Shown piece after piece: positions 1 to 8,505 of a DNA stretch of 53,075 nucleotides. Positions within the stretch are counted from its first letter, which is position 1. The number at the start of each line of letters is the position of its first letter. The stretch comes from a virus. Lineage: Duplodnaviria; Caudoviricetes. The translations under genes and the position numbers were made by a program. The DNA is taken from positions 1 through 53,075 of IMG/VR virus record IMGVR_UViG_3300025030_000138. One strand, given 5' to 3'. The notes under the pieces are model-generated. The model made no database searches, was not told the origin of the DNA, and was given only the letters and a program-made list of their open reading frames with translations.

Positions 1-180
1 GAGGCCTACGACAGCGCCTCGGTCGAGGCCTCCGGCAGCGCCTCGGTCGTGGCCTCCGCTCGGGTGACGGTCGTCCAGTGGCGCGGCTCCTGCTCGGTGC
101 GCGTGACCGAGCGAGCCGTGTGCGTGGACCGGAGCGGCGACGGGCCGCCCGTGGTGCGAGTCGCGGAGGTGGCGTCGTGA
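1..180 (+). CDS. 3' end of the octapeptide-repeat protein that starts at 52283 and wraps the contig junction
   Basis: Frame 1 reads EAYDSASVEASGSASVVASARVTVVQWRG...EVAS*, the same text as the window end; stop at 178-180. Confidence 0.8.
   Translation, partial: EAYDSASVEASGSASVVASARVTVVQWRGSCSVRVTERAVCVDRSGDGPPVVRVAEVAS
36..82. repeat. 47-bp terminal overlap, identical to 53029-53075 (circular assembly)
   Basis: CAGCGCCTCGGTCGTGGCCTCCGCTCGGGTGACGGTCGTCCAGTGGC is present at both ends. Confidence 0.9.
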
Positions 181-219
181 GCCGCCGCACCCTCGGCGTC
201 ACCGTCACCCTCCCGGGCG

Positions 220-1413
220 ATGCGGGCCCACTCCGAGGCCGTGCCCGACGAGCCCGCCGAGCCCGACGTGGGGATCCTCCGACCCTACGTGGAGGTGGAC
301 GGCCTGATCGTCCTCGCGGTCGGGTGGCCTGGGGAGATCGGCGTGGACGTGACCGGCGGGCTCTCCCGGCGGGAGGAGGAGCGGATCGTGGACAGGCTGG
401 CGACCGACGTTCTCGAGTCGGCGAGGAGCGCAAAGTGAACCGCACCGAGACCTCCCGCCTCACCCCCACCGAGGCCGACGCCTGCGCCGCGGTGCTGGAG
501 TGGCGGACCGCCGTGGACGCGGACCCGCCGACCAACGGCGACATGATCCTCGCAGCGCTGGACCACCTCTCTCGGGCGGCCGATGCCCTCAATGCCGAAA
601 GGAGCAAGCCGTGAGAATCGCCGCCAAGATGGACAAGGATCGGATGGTCGTCGCCGTCAGCCGTGGAGGAGACGGCGAGATCCCGATCGCCTCGTTCACG
701 TTCGACGTTGCCGCCGCCTTCGCCTCGCTCTCGGAGGTGGATCGCAAGTACGCCGTCGCGCTCGTGGCGATGGACGACGCGCTCTTCTCCGCCGTCCTCG
801 ATCGGCTCGCGTCGGAGTCGGAGTGCTGGGTCGGGACGGACGGGCTCAGCCGCGAGGCGTGGCTGCTCAAGATCGGCGCCGTTCACGAGGAGCGGGTCAA
901 AGCCGCGGAGGAGTACGCGAGCCGGACGCACGCGGAGGCGCTGGAGATCAAGAGCCACTGCCGCGACGTCGCCGAGGGGCTCCGCAACCACGCCCCCGAC
1001 CTGCCGCCCTGCTGCGTTCGTGCCGTCGCCGCGCTCAACGACGCCGGGTGGGGCGGCAAAGTGCTGCCGCCGCCGCACGCCCCGGACGCGAAGGAGGGCA
1101 CGCCGTGACCTACGAGAACGCAGTCGCCCGGCTCCGCGGAGTCGGCACCACCGTCGAGACCGACTGGCCCCGGGCCGCATGCCAGCCTCCCTACCGACTC
1201 GCGCACCTGACGCTCGAGTTCCACCCCGAGGAAGCGATCGCCCGAGCCCGCGACCTGTTCGATCTGGCGATCGTGATCGGGGGCAACTTGACGCTGACCG
1301 AGTTCCGCGGCGTGGCGACGGTGGGCGTCTACGTCCGACGGCCGCTGACCGCCGAGGAGATCGAGGCAGCGCTGCCCCGTGCAGCGTCCGGCGCGGTCCC
1401 GGTGCTGGCGTGA
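220..1413 (+). other. Four translationally coupled hypothetical phage ORFs (220-438, 435-614, 611-1108, 1105-1413)
   Basis: GTGA stop/start overlaps preceded by GGAG-type RBS; high-GC3 codon usage. Confidence 0.65.
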
Positions 1414-2126
1414 GCGCCAAGATCCTAGCCTGGCACTTCCTCCCGCCCGACGGCCGACTCGCCAACGGCGACGGCACCCTCGTCATCGCCGGCAAGACGT
1501 ACCGGGTCGAGCCGCCGATCGAGTGCTGCTCGCGCGGCCTGCACTACAGCGTGCGTCCGCTGGACGCGCTCCAGCACGCCCCGGGGCCGATCGTCTGCCG
1601 GGTCGAGTGCAGCGGCACGATCGACGCGCAGGACGACAAGGGCGCGTGCTCGGTGCGGCGCGTGCTCTGGCTCGCGGACGCCACGGTGCCGTTGCGGCTG
1701 TTCGCGTGCTGGTGTGCGGAGCAGGCGCTCAACGCTGAACACGCGGCGGGGCGAGAGCCGGACTCGCGGTCGTGGAACGCAATCGCCGTTGCCCGCCTGT
1801 TCGCGGAGGGCAAGGCCAGCATTCAGGATCTGGCCGCCGCGTGGGCCGCCGCGAGGGCCGCCGCGAGGGCCGCCGCGAGGGACGCCGCGTGGGCCGCCGC
1901 GTGGGCCGCCGCGTGGGACGCCGCGAGGGACGCCGCGTGGGCCGCCGCGTGGGACGCCGCGAGGGCCGCCGCGTGGGACGCCGCGAGGGCCGCCGCGAGG
2001 GCCGCCGCGTGGGACGCCGCGTGGGCCGCCGCGAGGGCCGCCGCGAGGGACGCACAGAACGCCAGGCTCGAGGAAGTGCTCCTCGCGCTCGCCCCGGAGA
2101 AGCGCAGCAAGAGGAGGACGGCGTGA
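1410..2126 (+). CDS. DUF7666-like N-terminal domain, Imm5-like helical region and Ala-rich (A/D)AA(W/R) repeat protein
   Basis: GKTY...ECCSRGLHYS..PLDAL...CRVEC...DDKGAC motif; RLFACWCAEQAL...AIAVARLFAEG; AAWAAARDAA repeats. Confidence 0.7.
   Translation: MSAKILAWHFLPPDGRLANGDGTLVIAGKTYRVEPPIECCSRGLHYSVRPLDALQHAPGPIVCRVECSGTIDAQDDKGACSVRRVLWLADATVPLRLFACWCAEQALNAEHAAGREPDSRSWNAIAVARLFAEGKASIQDLAAAWAAARAAARAAARDAAWAAAWAAAWDAARDAAWAAAWDAARAAAWDAARAAARAAAWDAAWAAARAAARDAQNARLEEVLLALAPEKRSKRRTA
1833..2048 (+). repeat. Coding tandem repeat, 18 x 12 bp, G(C/A)CGCCGCG(T/A)GG
   Basis: Directly visible; only two positions vary. Confidence 0.95.
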
Positions 2127-2978
2127 GGCCCTGCGAGGTCTGCGGAGACAGCGAGACGGTCGGACTCGTCGGCCGCCCCTGCCCCGCCCCCGGCTGCACC
2201 CGCGGCCAGGTCCAGGCGGTGGTGCCGCAGACGGCGGAGAGGGAGGCCGACCGCCTCCGCGCCGCCGTGACCCGCTGCCCCCGCTGCGGCGGTGCTGAGA
2301 GAGAGGCCGAGTTGCAGGCCTCGATCTGCGACTGGGGCGACCGCGCCGCCCGGGCCGAGGAGCGGGCTCTCGCCGCCGAGCAGGAGCGGGACCAGTGGCG
2401 GGCAAGGGCGGGGGTGCTGGAGGCCGAGCGCGACGAGGAGCGGCAGCACCGCGCCGTGCTCGGCGGGGAACTCGGGCGCGTGAGCCGGTCGGCCGAAGAG
2501 GTGCGCCTCCTGCTTGAGGCCACGATCGGTGAGCGCGACGAAGCCCGGCGGCACCTGTCGCCGCCCTGCGACGACGACACCAACGGCGCGCGGCTCGTGC
2601 GCGAAGGGGAGGGGTGATGGAGGAGACGATCAAGGACAAGTTCGGGGACAAGACGACCCTTGGACGCTGTGGCTACGTCGTCAGCATGACCGTGAGCGAT
2701 CGCGTGAGCGGAACGGTTGCGCATGCGTCCTACTCCGCAGCCCAGGCCCGCCGCCTCGCCGCCGCACTGCTCCGCGCCGCAGACGAGGCGGAGAAGGGGG
2801 CGCGAAAGTGACCCACCTCCTCCTCGCCCCCTTCCGCTTCCTGGCCCTGCTCGCCCACGCGCTCGGCTGCACCGCCTGCCGCGGTGACTACTGCTGCCCG
2901 GTGGCGCGGCGCCGCGGGCTCGTGGCGGCGAACCGGCCGTGGGACGTGAGGGCTCGGGGGACGTTGGACAGGTTCTAG
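2123..2978 (+). other. Three coupled hypothetical ORFs (2123-2617 Zn-finger/coiled coil, 2614-2811, 2808-2978)
   Basis: GTGA overlaps; CxxC motifs in the first ORF. Confidence 0.6.
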
Positions 2979-2998
2979 ACGTAGGACCGGAGGCACCC

Positions 2999-3967
2999 AT
3001 GGAACTCCTGACGATCTCTCGACTCAAGGCCGCGCGCTCCTGCCAGCGGCTCCACCAACTCTCCTACGTGGACGGCTACCGGCCGGCGAAGGATGCAGAC
3101 ACCCTGCGCTTCGGCACGCTGATCCACCGTGGCCTGGAGGCGTGGTGGCGCGGGGCCGGGGACCAGCGCCTCGACGCGGCCCTCGGCGCGCTGGAGGGCG
3201 AGGCCGATCCGTTCGAGCTCGCCAAGGCTCAGGTGCTCCTGACCGGCTACCACGTCCGATGGAGCGCCGAGGTGATCGAGACGCTCGGGGTCGAGATCGA
3301 GTTCAGGGCGCCGCTGATCAACCCGGAGAGCCACGCCCCGTCCCGCACCTACGAACTCGGCGGGAAGATCGACGCCCTCGCCCGACTCGCCGACGGCCGC
3401 GTTGCCGTAGTCGAGCACAAGACCAGCGCCGAGGACATCTCGCCCGGCTCGGACTACTGGAAGCGCCTGCGCATGGACGGGCAGGTGTCGATCTACTTCG
3501 ACGGTGCGAAGTCGCTCGGGCATGACGTGGAGGTGTGCCTCTACGACGTGATCGGCAAGCCGGGGCAGAAGCCGCTGAAGGCGACGCCGACCGAGAGCCG
3601 CAAGTACACGAAGGACGGGCGGCTCTACGCCGCTCAGAGAGACTGCGACGAAACGCCCGAGGGCTACCGGGCGCGACTGACGGAGGCCGTGGCCGCCGAC
3701 CCCGCCGGCTACTACGCCCGCGGCGAGGTCGTGCGGCTGGAGGCGGACCTCGAGGACGCGCGGTTCGACGTGTGGCAGACGGCGGACCAGATCCGGCAGG
3801 CCCGCAACGCCGGCCACGCGCCGCGGAACCCGGGGGCGTGCTTCTCCTACGGGCGGCTCTGCGCGTTCTTCGCGGTGTGCAGCCGCGAGGCTTCGGTCGA
3901 GGACCCGACGCTGTATCGCAAGCTGACGGTGGTGCATGAGGAGCTTTCGCAGCAGGCCGCCCCGTGA
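2999..3967 (+). CDS. PD-(D/E)XK (RecB/Cas4-like) exonuclease of the recombination module
   Basis: SRLK..SC..., FGTLIHRGLE, GKIDAL...VVEHKT, C-terminal Cys cluster; RBS GGAGG. Confidence 0.85.
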   Translation: MELLTISRLKAARSCQRLHQLSYVDGYRPAKDADTLRFGTLIHRGLEAWWRGAGDQRLDAALGALEGEADPFELAKAQVLLTGYHVRWSAEVIETLGVEIEFRAPLINPESHAPSRTYELGGKIDALARLADGRVAVVEHKTSAEDISPGSDYWKRLRMDGQVSIYFDGAKSLGHDVEVCLYDVIGKPGQKPLKATPTESRKYTKDGRLYAAQRDCDETPEGYRARLTEAVAADPAGYYARGEVVRLEADLEDARFDVWQTADQIRQARNAGHAPRNPGACFSYGRLCAFFAVCSREASVEDPTLYRKLTVVHEELSQQAAP

Positions 3968-4179
3968 GCCGCCACCGCAGTTACCAGGGCGTCTCTGACG
4001 CGGAAGTCGCAATCGCTTCCGGCGATATCGACGGCGCGATCGAGGCTCTGGAACGAATGAAGGCAGAGAGTGACTGCGAATCGCACCATGATCTCCGCGC
4101 TGAGATCACAAGCGCGCTCCAGGGCCGCCCAGAAGACACCGCAACCCCACCCGTAGCACAGTCGAAAGAGGACCCAGCC

Positions 4180-5121
4180 ATGTCGCAGAAAGCCGCAGCA
4201 CCGCCCCGCATGACCCTCGCGTCGGTGACGAGCGGGCGTCAGCGCGAGCCCATGTCGCTCCTGGTGTACGGCGTGGAGAAGATCGGGAAGAGCACGTTCG
4301 CCAGCGAGGCCCCGGCGCCGATCTTCCTCGACGCAGAGAAGGGCACCGAGGAGATCGACGTGGCCCGGTTCCCCACGCCGGAGACGTGGGAGGACGTGAT
4401 CGAGGCCGTGCGCACGCTGATCGCTGGCGAGCACCCCTACCGGACGCTGGTGATCGACACCCTCGACTGGATCGAGCCGCTGCTGTGGGCGTCGATTTGC
4501 AAGCGCGACGGCTTCGCCACCGTGGAGGCATACGGCTACGGCAAGGGCTACGCCACGGCGCTGGATGAGTGGCGGGTGCTCCTCGCCGCGTTGGAGCGCC
4601 TGCGCACGCTCAAGCGCATGAACGTGATCCTGCTCGCGCACTCCTGGATCAAGAGCTTCAAGAACCCGGAGGGCCTCGACTTCGACCGCTACGAGCTCAA
4701 GCTCCACCCGAAGGCGGGCGGGCTGATCAAGGAGTGGCCGAAGGCCGTGCTGTTCGCCAACCACGAGACGATCGCCACGGAGGAGAAGAAGACCAAGCGC
4801 GTGCGCGGTGTCTCCACCGGGGCGCGGCTGATCTACACGAACCGCACCGCGGCCTACGACGCTGGCAACCGCTACAACCTGCCCGACTCCCTGCCGCTGG
4901 AGTGGGCGGAGTTCGCCGCCGCCGTCGAGGCCGGGCAGAGCGCCGACCCGAAGATCCTCGCGGACGAGATCACCCGCAAGGCGAAGGAGTGCGGCGGCGA
5001 GGTCGAGAAGCAGACGCTGGAGAGCCTGACGCGGGTCGGCTCCGACGCGGTGAAGCTGGCGAAGCTCAACAGCTGGATCAACTCGAAGCACAGCGCGGCC
5101 ACCGCGCAGAAGGAAGGGTAG
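4180..5121 (+). CDS. Sak4-like AAA ATPase (phage recombinase); possible in-frame upstream start at 3964
   Basis: YGVEKIGKST Walker A, FLDAEKG, TLVIDTLDW Walker B, YGYGKGY, LLAHS. Confidence 0.85.
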   Translation: MSQKAAAPPRMTLASVTSGRQREPMSLLVYGVEKIGKSTFASEAPAPIFLDAEKGTEEIDVARFPTPETWEDVIEAVRTLIAGEHPYRTLVIDTLDWIEPLLWASICKRDGFATVEAYGYGKGYATALDEWRVLLAALERLRTLKRMNVILLAHSWIKSFKNPEGLDFDRYELKLHPKAGGLIKEWPKAVLFANHETIATEEKKTKRVRGVSTGARLIYTNRTAAYDAGNRYNLPDSLPLEWAEFAAAVEAGQSADPKILADEITRKAKECGGEVEKQTLESLTRVGSDAVKLAKLNSWINSKHSAATAQKEG

Positions 5122-5123
5122 CC

Positions 5124-5627
5124 ATGATCACCGAAGGCAAGCATCGCGCGAAGGCGAAGGAGTGGGCACTCGGCGAGACGGGCACGAACAAGGAGCAGAT
5201 CGGGATCTGCTTCGACCTGCTCGACCTCCCCGGCGAGGAGATCACCTACTACGGATTCTTCACGGAGAAGGGGCTCCCGATCACCGTCAAGGCCATGCGC
5301 GCCTGCGGCTGGCAGGGCGCGGACCTGACCGACCTCACCGGCCTCGACTCCAACGAGGTGACGCTCGTCATCGAGGAGGAGGAGTACCCGCCCGGCTCTG
5401 ACGAGTTCGCCATGAAGGTGAAGTGGGTGAACAGCGGCGGCGGCCTCGTCATGAACAAGACGCTGGACGAGGGCGGGGTCAAGAGCTTCGCCGCGCGCAT
5501 GCTCGGGGCGATCCTCGCCCTCGACCCGAGCTCGGCGGCGAAGCACGCGGCAGCGAAGAGGCAGCAGCCCCGCCCCTCGCAGCTCGACGGCCCGCCGCAC
5601 GACGACTCCGACGCCCCGCCGTTCTAG
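5124..5627 (+). CDS. Phage single-stranded DNA-binding protein-like
   Basis: Follows Sak4-like gene; beta-rich body; acidic C-terminal DDSDAPPF tail. Confidence 0.7.
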   Translation: MITEGKHRAKAKEWALGETGTNKEQIGICFDLLDLPGEEITYYGFFTEKGLPITVKAMRACGWQGADLTDLTGLDSNEVTLVIEEEEYPPGSDEFAMKVKWVNSGGGLVMNKTLDEGGVKSFAARMLGAILALDPSSAAKHAAAKRQQPRPSQLDGPPHDDSDAPPF

Positions 5628-5685
5628 CTAACCCACCACCCCGGCCCGCGAGCCGAGGTGGTCCACACGCAACGCAGGAGGAAGC

Positions 5686-6039
5686 ATGACCAACGAAGAG
5701 ATCGCCCGCGTCTGCCACGAAGCGAACCGCGCCTACTGTCTCGTCCTCGGCGACACCTCGCAGCTGCCGTGGGACGAGGCCCCGGAGTGGGCGCGCCGGA
5801 GCGCGATCGTCGGCGTGGGCTTCCACGCGGAGGGCAAGGCACACGGAATCACGCTGCGGCCCTCCGCCTCCCACGAGTCGTGGCTCGAGGAGAAGCGCCG
5901 CGAGGGTTGGAAGCACGGCCCGACGAAGAACCCGGAGACGAAGGAGCACCCCTGCTTCGTGCCGTACTCCGACCTCCCGCCGGAGCAGAAGCTCAAGGAC
6001 GCGCTCTTCGTGGCGATCTGCGGCGCGCTGCTGCCCTGA
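5686..6039 (+). CDS. RyR-domain phage protein
   Basis: HESWLEEKRREGWKHGPTKNPETKEHPCFVPYSDLPPEQKLKD. Confidence 0.85.
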   Translation: MTNEEIARVCHEANRAYCLVLGDTSQLPWDEAPEWARRSAIVGVGFHAEGKAHGITLRPSASHESWLEEKRREGWKHGPTKNPETKEHPCFVPYSDLPPEQKLKDALFVAICGALLP

Positions 6040-6053
6040 CCCCTTCACCCTTG

Positions 6054-6100
6054 CCGCGCCCGGGACCTGGGCACTCCCCCTGTCTCGGTTCCGGGCGCGG
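6054..6100 (+). other. Intergenic hairpin (14-bp stem with one G-U, extendable), no U tract
   Basis: CCGCGCCCGGGACC pairs with GGTTCCGGGCGCGG. Confidence 0.7.
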
Positions 6101-6192
6101 TGCAGCACCAAGCAGCAGAGGAGACGCATGGGAGCCAAGACCGGCAGCGAGATCATGCCGTGCCCGCGACACGGGATGAAGGGGGCGGCCAA

Positions 6193-6480
6193 GTGACCAC
6201 GATCCAGCGCCGCAAGTTGATCCGCCACCTCCGCGTCACGCTGCGGAAGTTCGAGAGGGCGGCGGGGAAGGCGCGGCCCGCACGACACGAGGAGGCAGAG
6301 GCGGTGCTTGAGATCGCCCGCGCCGCTCGGGGCCTGCGCGATTCGCACGCAGCCGACAGCGCTGGGGCTACGTTCGCCGCCTCGTTCCTCGTCGCCGCCA
6401 AGGGCTTGGACGCAGCCGAGTTCTACAGGCGCGAACGGGATCTGCTCGACCTCGCGGAGATCCTCGGGGCGCTGCGATGA
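6193..6480 (+). CDS. Hypothetical protein
   Basis: GTG start overlapping the stop of a tiny ORF (6128-6196); ATGA overlap with next gene. Confidence 0.55.
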   Translation: MTTIQRRKLIRHLRVTLRKFERAAGKARPARHEEAEAVLEIARAARGLRDSHAADSAGATFAASFLVAAKGLDAAEFYRRERDLLDLAEILGALR

Positions 6481-7400
6481 CCACTGACCCCCGCCACGCC
6501 CTGGACCTCGCCCCGCTGGGGGTCGAGTACGAGTTGGAGCGCCCCAGCCCCGGCCACCGCCACGGGTCCGCCCCCTGCGGCTGGTGCGGCGTCGACGGTG
6601 ACGTGACCTGCGACGCCGCCTGCCCGGCCCCGGCAGGCTACGTGCGGCAGCCCCACCCCTGCCCCGCGGACGGCTGCTTGGTCGGGCACGGCGAGGACCG
6701 CGCCGAGCCGCTGACGGGGGCGCGCAAGACGGAGCGGTGCAACTACCTGTGCGGCCCGCACCTGTCTCGCTGCACCAGGCTGCGCACTCCGATCGGCGGG
6801 GGCCACCGCCTGCCGTGCCGCTGCGAGAGGTGCCCAGAGCCGATGCGCTGCGGCGCCCCTGTCGATGGCGTGCCGGGCGGGTGCTGGCTGGAGATGCCGT
6901 GTCCAGGGCACCCGGCGCCGCCCGACGAGCCCCGCAAGCAGCACTCGCAGACGTTCGCGGTGGGTGGCGTGGACGAGGTGGCGCCTGTGATCGTCGCCGT
7001 GGACCTCGCCACCGACTGCGACGCGGACCACTCGGGGATGGCTGCCAAGCCCGACGCCTTCGACTGGAACAACAGAGCGCACCGCCTCGCCCGCGAGGCC
7101 ACATGGCTCGACGCTAACCCGGGGTCGCCGGAAGCTGAGCGGTGCGTATGCGGAGAGCAGTGGTGCCGACACGGCGTATCCCATGAAACGGGACGCCTCG
7201 CGTGCGCGAAGTTGGACTGCCCGTGCGAGTCGTTCACCCCTGCCCCTCCGCACCCGACACTGTTCGACCCCCTCCGCGGCCCGGGGCGGTGCGCGGTGTG
7301 CGGATACGACCTGCGCACGGACAAGCACGCGGACGGGCTGCACTGCACGGCCCACGGCGAGGTTGCACGGCTGCGAGCGGAGAAGGCGAGGATCGCGTGA
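6477..7400 (+). CDS. Cys/His-rich hypothetical protein (multiple Zn-finger-like motifs)
   Basis: Many CxxC/CxH motifs; coupled at both ends. Confidence 0.6.
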   Translation: MTTDPRHALDLAPLGVEYELERPSPGHRHGSAPCGWCGVDGDVTCDAACPAPAGYVRQPHPCPADGCLVGHGEDRAEPLTGARKTERCNYLCGPHLSRCTRLRTPIGGGHRLPCRCERCPEPMRCGAPVDGVPGGCWLEMPCPGHPAPPDEPRKQHSQTFAVGGVDEVAPVIVAVDLATDCDADHSGMAAKPDAFDWNNRAHRLAREATWLDANPGSPEAERCVCGEQWCRHGVSHETGRLACAKLDCPCESFTPAPPHPTLFDPLRGPGRCAVCGYDLRTDKHADGLHCTAHGEVARLRAEKARIA

Positions 7401-7729
7401 GCGCAAAAGCGAAGCGAACCCCCTGCGAGAAGTGCGGCGGCAAGACCTGTTGCCCTGACGCGCGCTGTTGCCACAAGTGCGCCGTGACGATCGAACTGAC
7501 GGGAACCGCCTGCGGCGCTGTCGGCTGCCTCGGCATCCCCGAGTTCGTATGGCAGGCGTTCGCCGAGGAGGAGCGCCGGGCCGAGTCGCGCGGGATCCGC
7601 ATGGCTGCGAAGCTGCTTGCGAGCACGCTGCCGGAAAGCATCGCGATCCGTGGCGTGGTCAAGGCACTGCGGAAGGCGGCAGACAGGCATGCCGTCGTGC
7701 GGGCGGAGAAGGCGAGGATCGCGTGAGCG
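7372..7729 (+). repeat. Junction direct repeat A, two copies (exact 27 bp at 7377-7403 and 7703-7729)
   Basis: GCGGAGAAGGCGAGGATCGCGTGAGCG; both upstream genes end RAEKARIA*. Confidence 0.95.
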
Positions 7730-8505
7730 ACCTCCGCCGAGAGCGCGCCCGGATCCGGCGGGCGCTGCGGGAGAAGGCCGGACTTCGCGCTGCGTGCATT
7801 GCCGTATCCGACGTGACGAGCAACCAGGCGCTGTTTGAATTCGCAGAGAAGGAGCAGACCCGGCTCGTGCGGCAGCTCCGCACCGGCAGGGCGATCGGAC
7901 CTCTCACCAGCGCACCACGAAAGGCGGGCAAGTGATCCGCCTCGCCGACGGCACGAGTTGGTCCGACCCCGAGGACCCGGCGCTAGTCGCAGCCATGTAT
8001 ACGGCCCGCTACGACTTGGAGAGCCTGACCCAGGCCGAGGCGTACCGCCTGCTTGACGCCGTGGCTGGTTACCGCCACCTGACGACGCACGAGAGCGGCA
8101 CGCAGCGGCAGATCGAAAAACTCCGGGACCTGCGCCGGGCGGTGCGCGCAGCACGAAAGGCGGGCAAGTGAAGGACAGGAGCAAACTCCGGGAGGAGCAG
8201 GCGCTGCGGCGCGGACTGGAGATGGTTCTGGCCGCTACCGTTCGCGACGCCGCCCGGACGGCGACTGAACTGGAGCAGTTGAAGGAAGCGATTGCGGACC
8301 TGTACCGAAAGGCGGGCAAGTGAGCGACGAAAGCAAGACGGACGTGGAGTCCGACGTGGTGGCGGCGCTGCAGGATGTGATCGACGCCCTCGCCAAGTTG
8401 TCCAACGCGCAGCGCGTGCGGGTGCTGGACACGGTGAAGGCTTGGTACGGCCTGAGCCCGAGCGGGATGCCGCACTACCCGCCGGGCGTGCGAGGTGGCA
8501 AGTGA
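7397..8505 (+). other. Five small coupled ORFs (7397-7726, 7723-7935, 7932-8171, 8168-8323, 8320-8505)
   Basis: Each starts at the GTG of a GTGA inside a junction repeat. Confidence 0.7.
7910..8323 (+). repeat. Junction direct repeat B, three copies (7918-7935, 8154-8171, 8306-8323)
   Basis: CGAAAGGCGGGCAAGTGA; three genes end RKAGK*. Confidence 0.95.

Noticed and set aside
2999-3967. Cas4 of a CRISPR system
   Set aside because: The Sak4-like ATPase and SSB context marks it as a phage recombination nuclease
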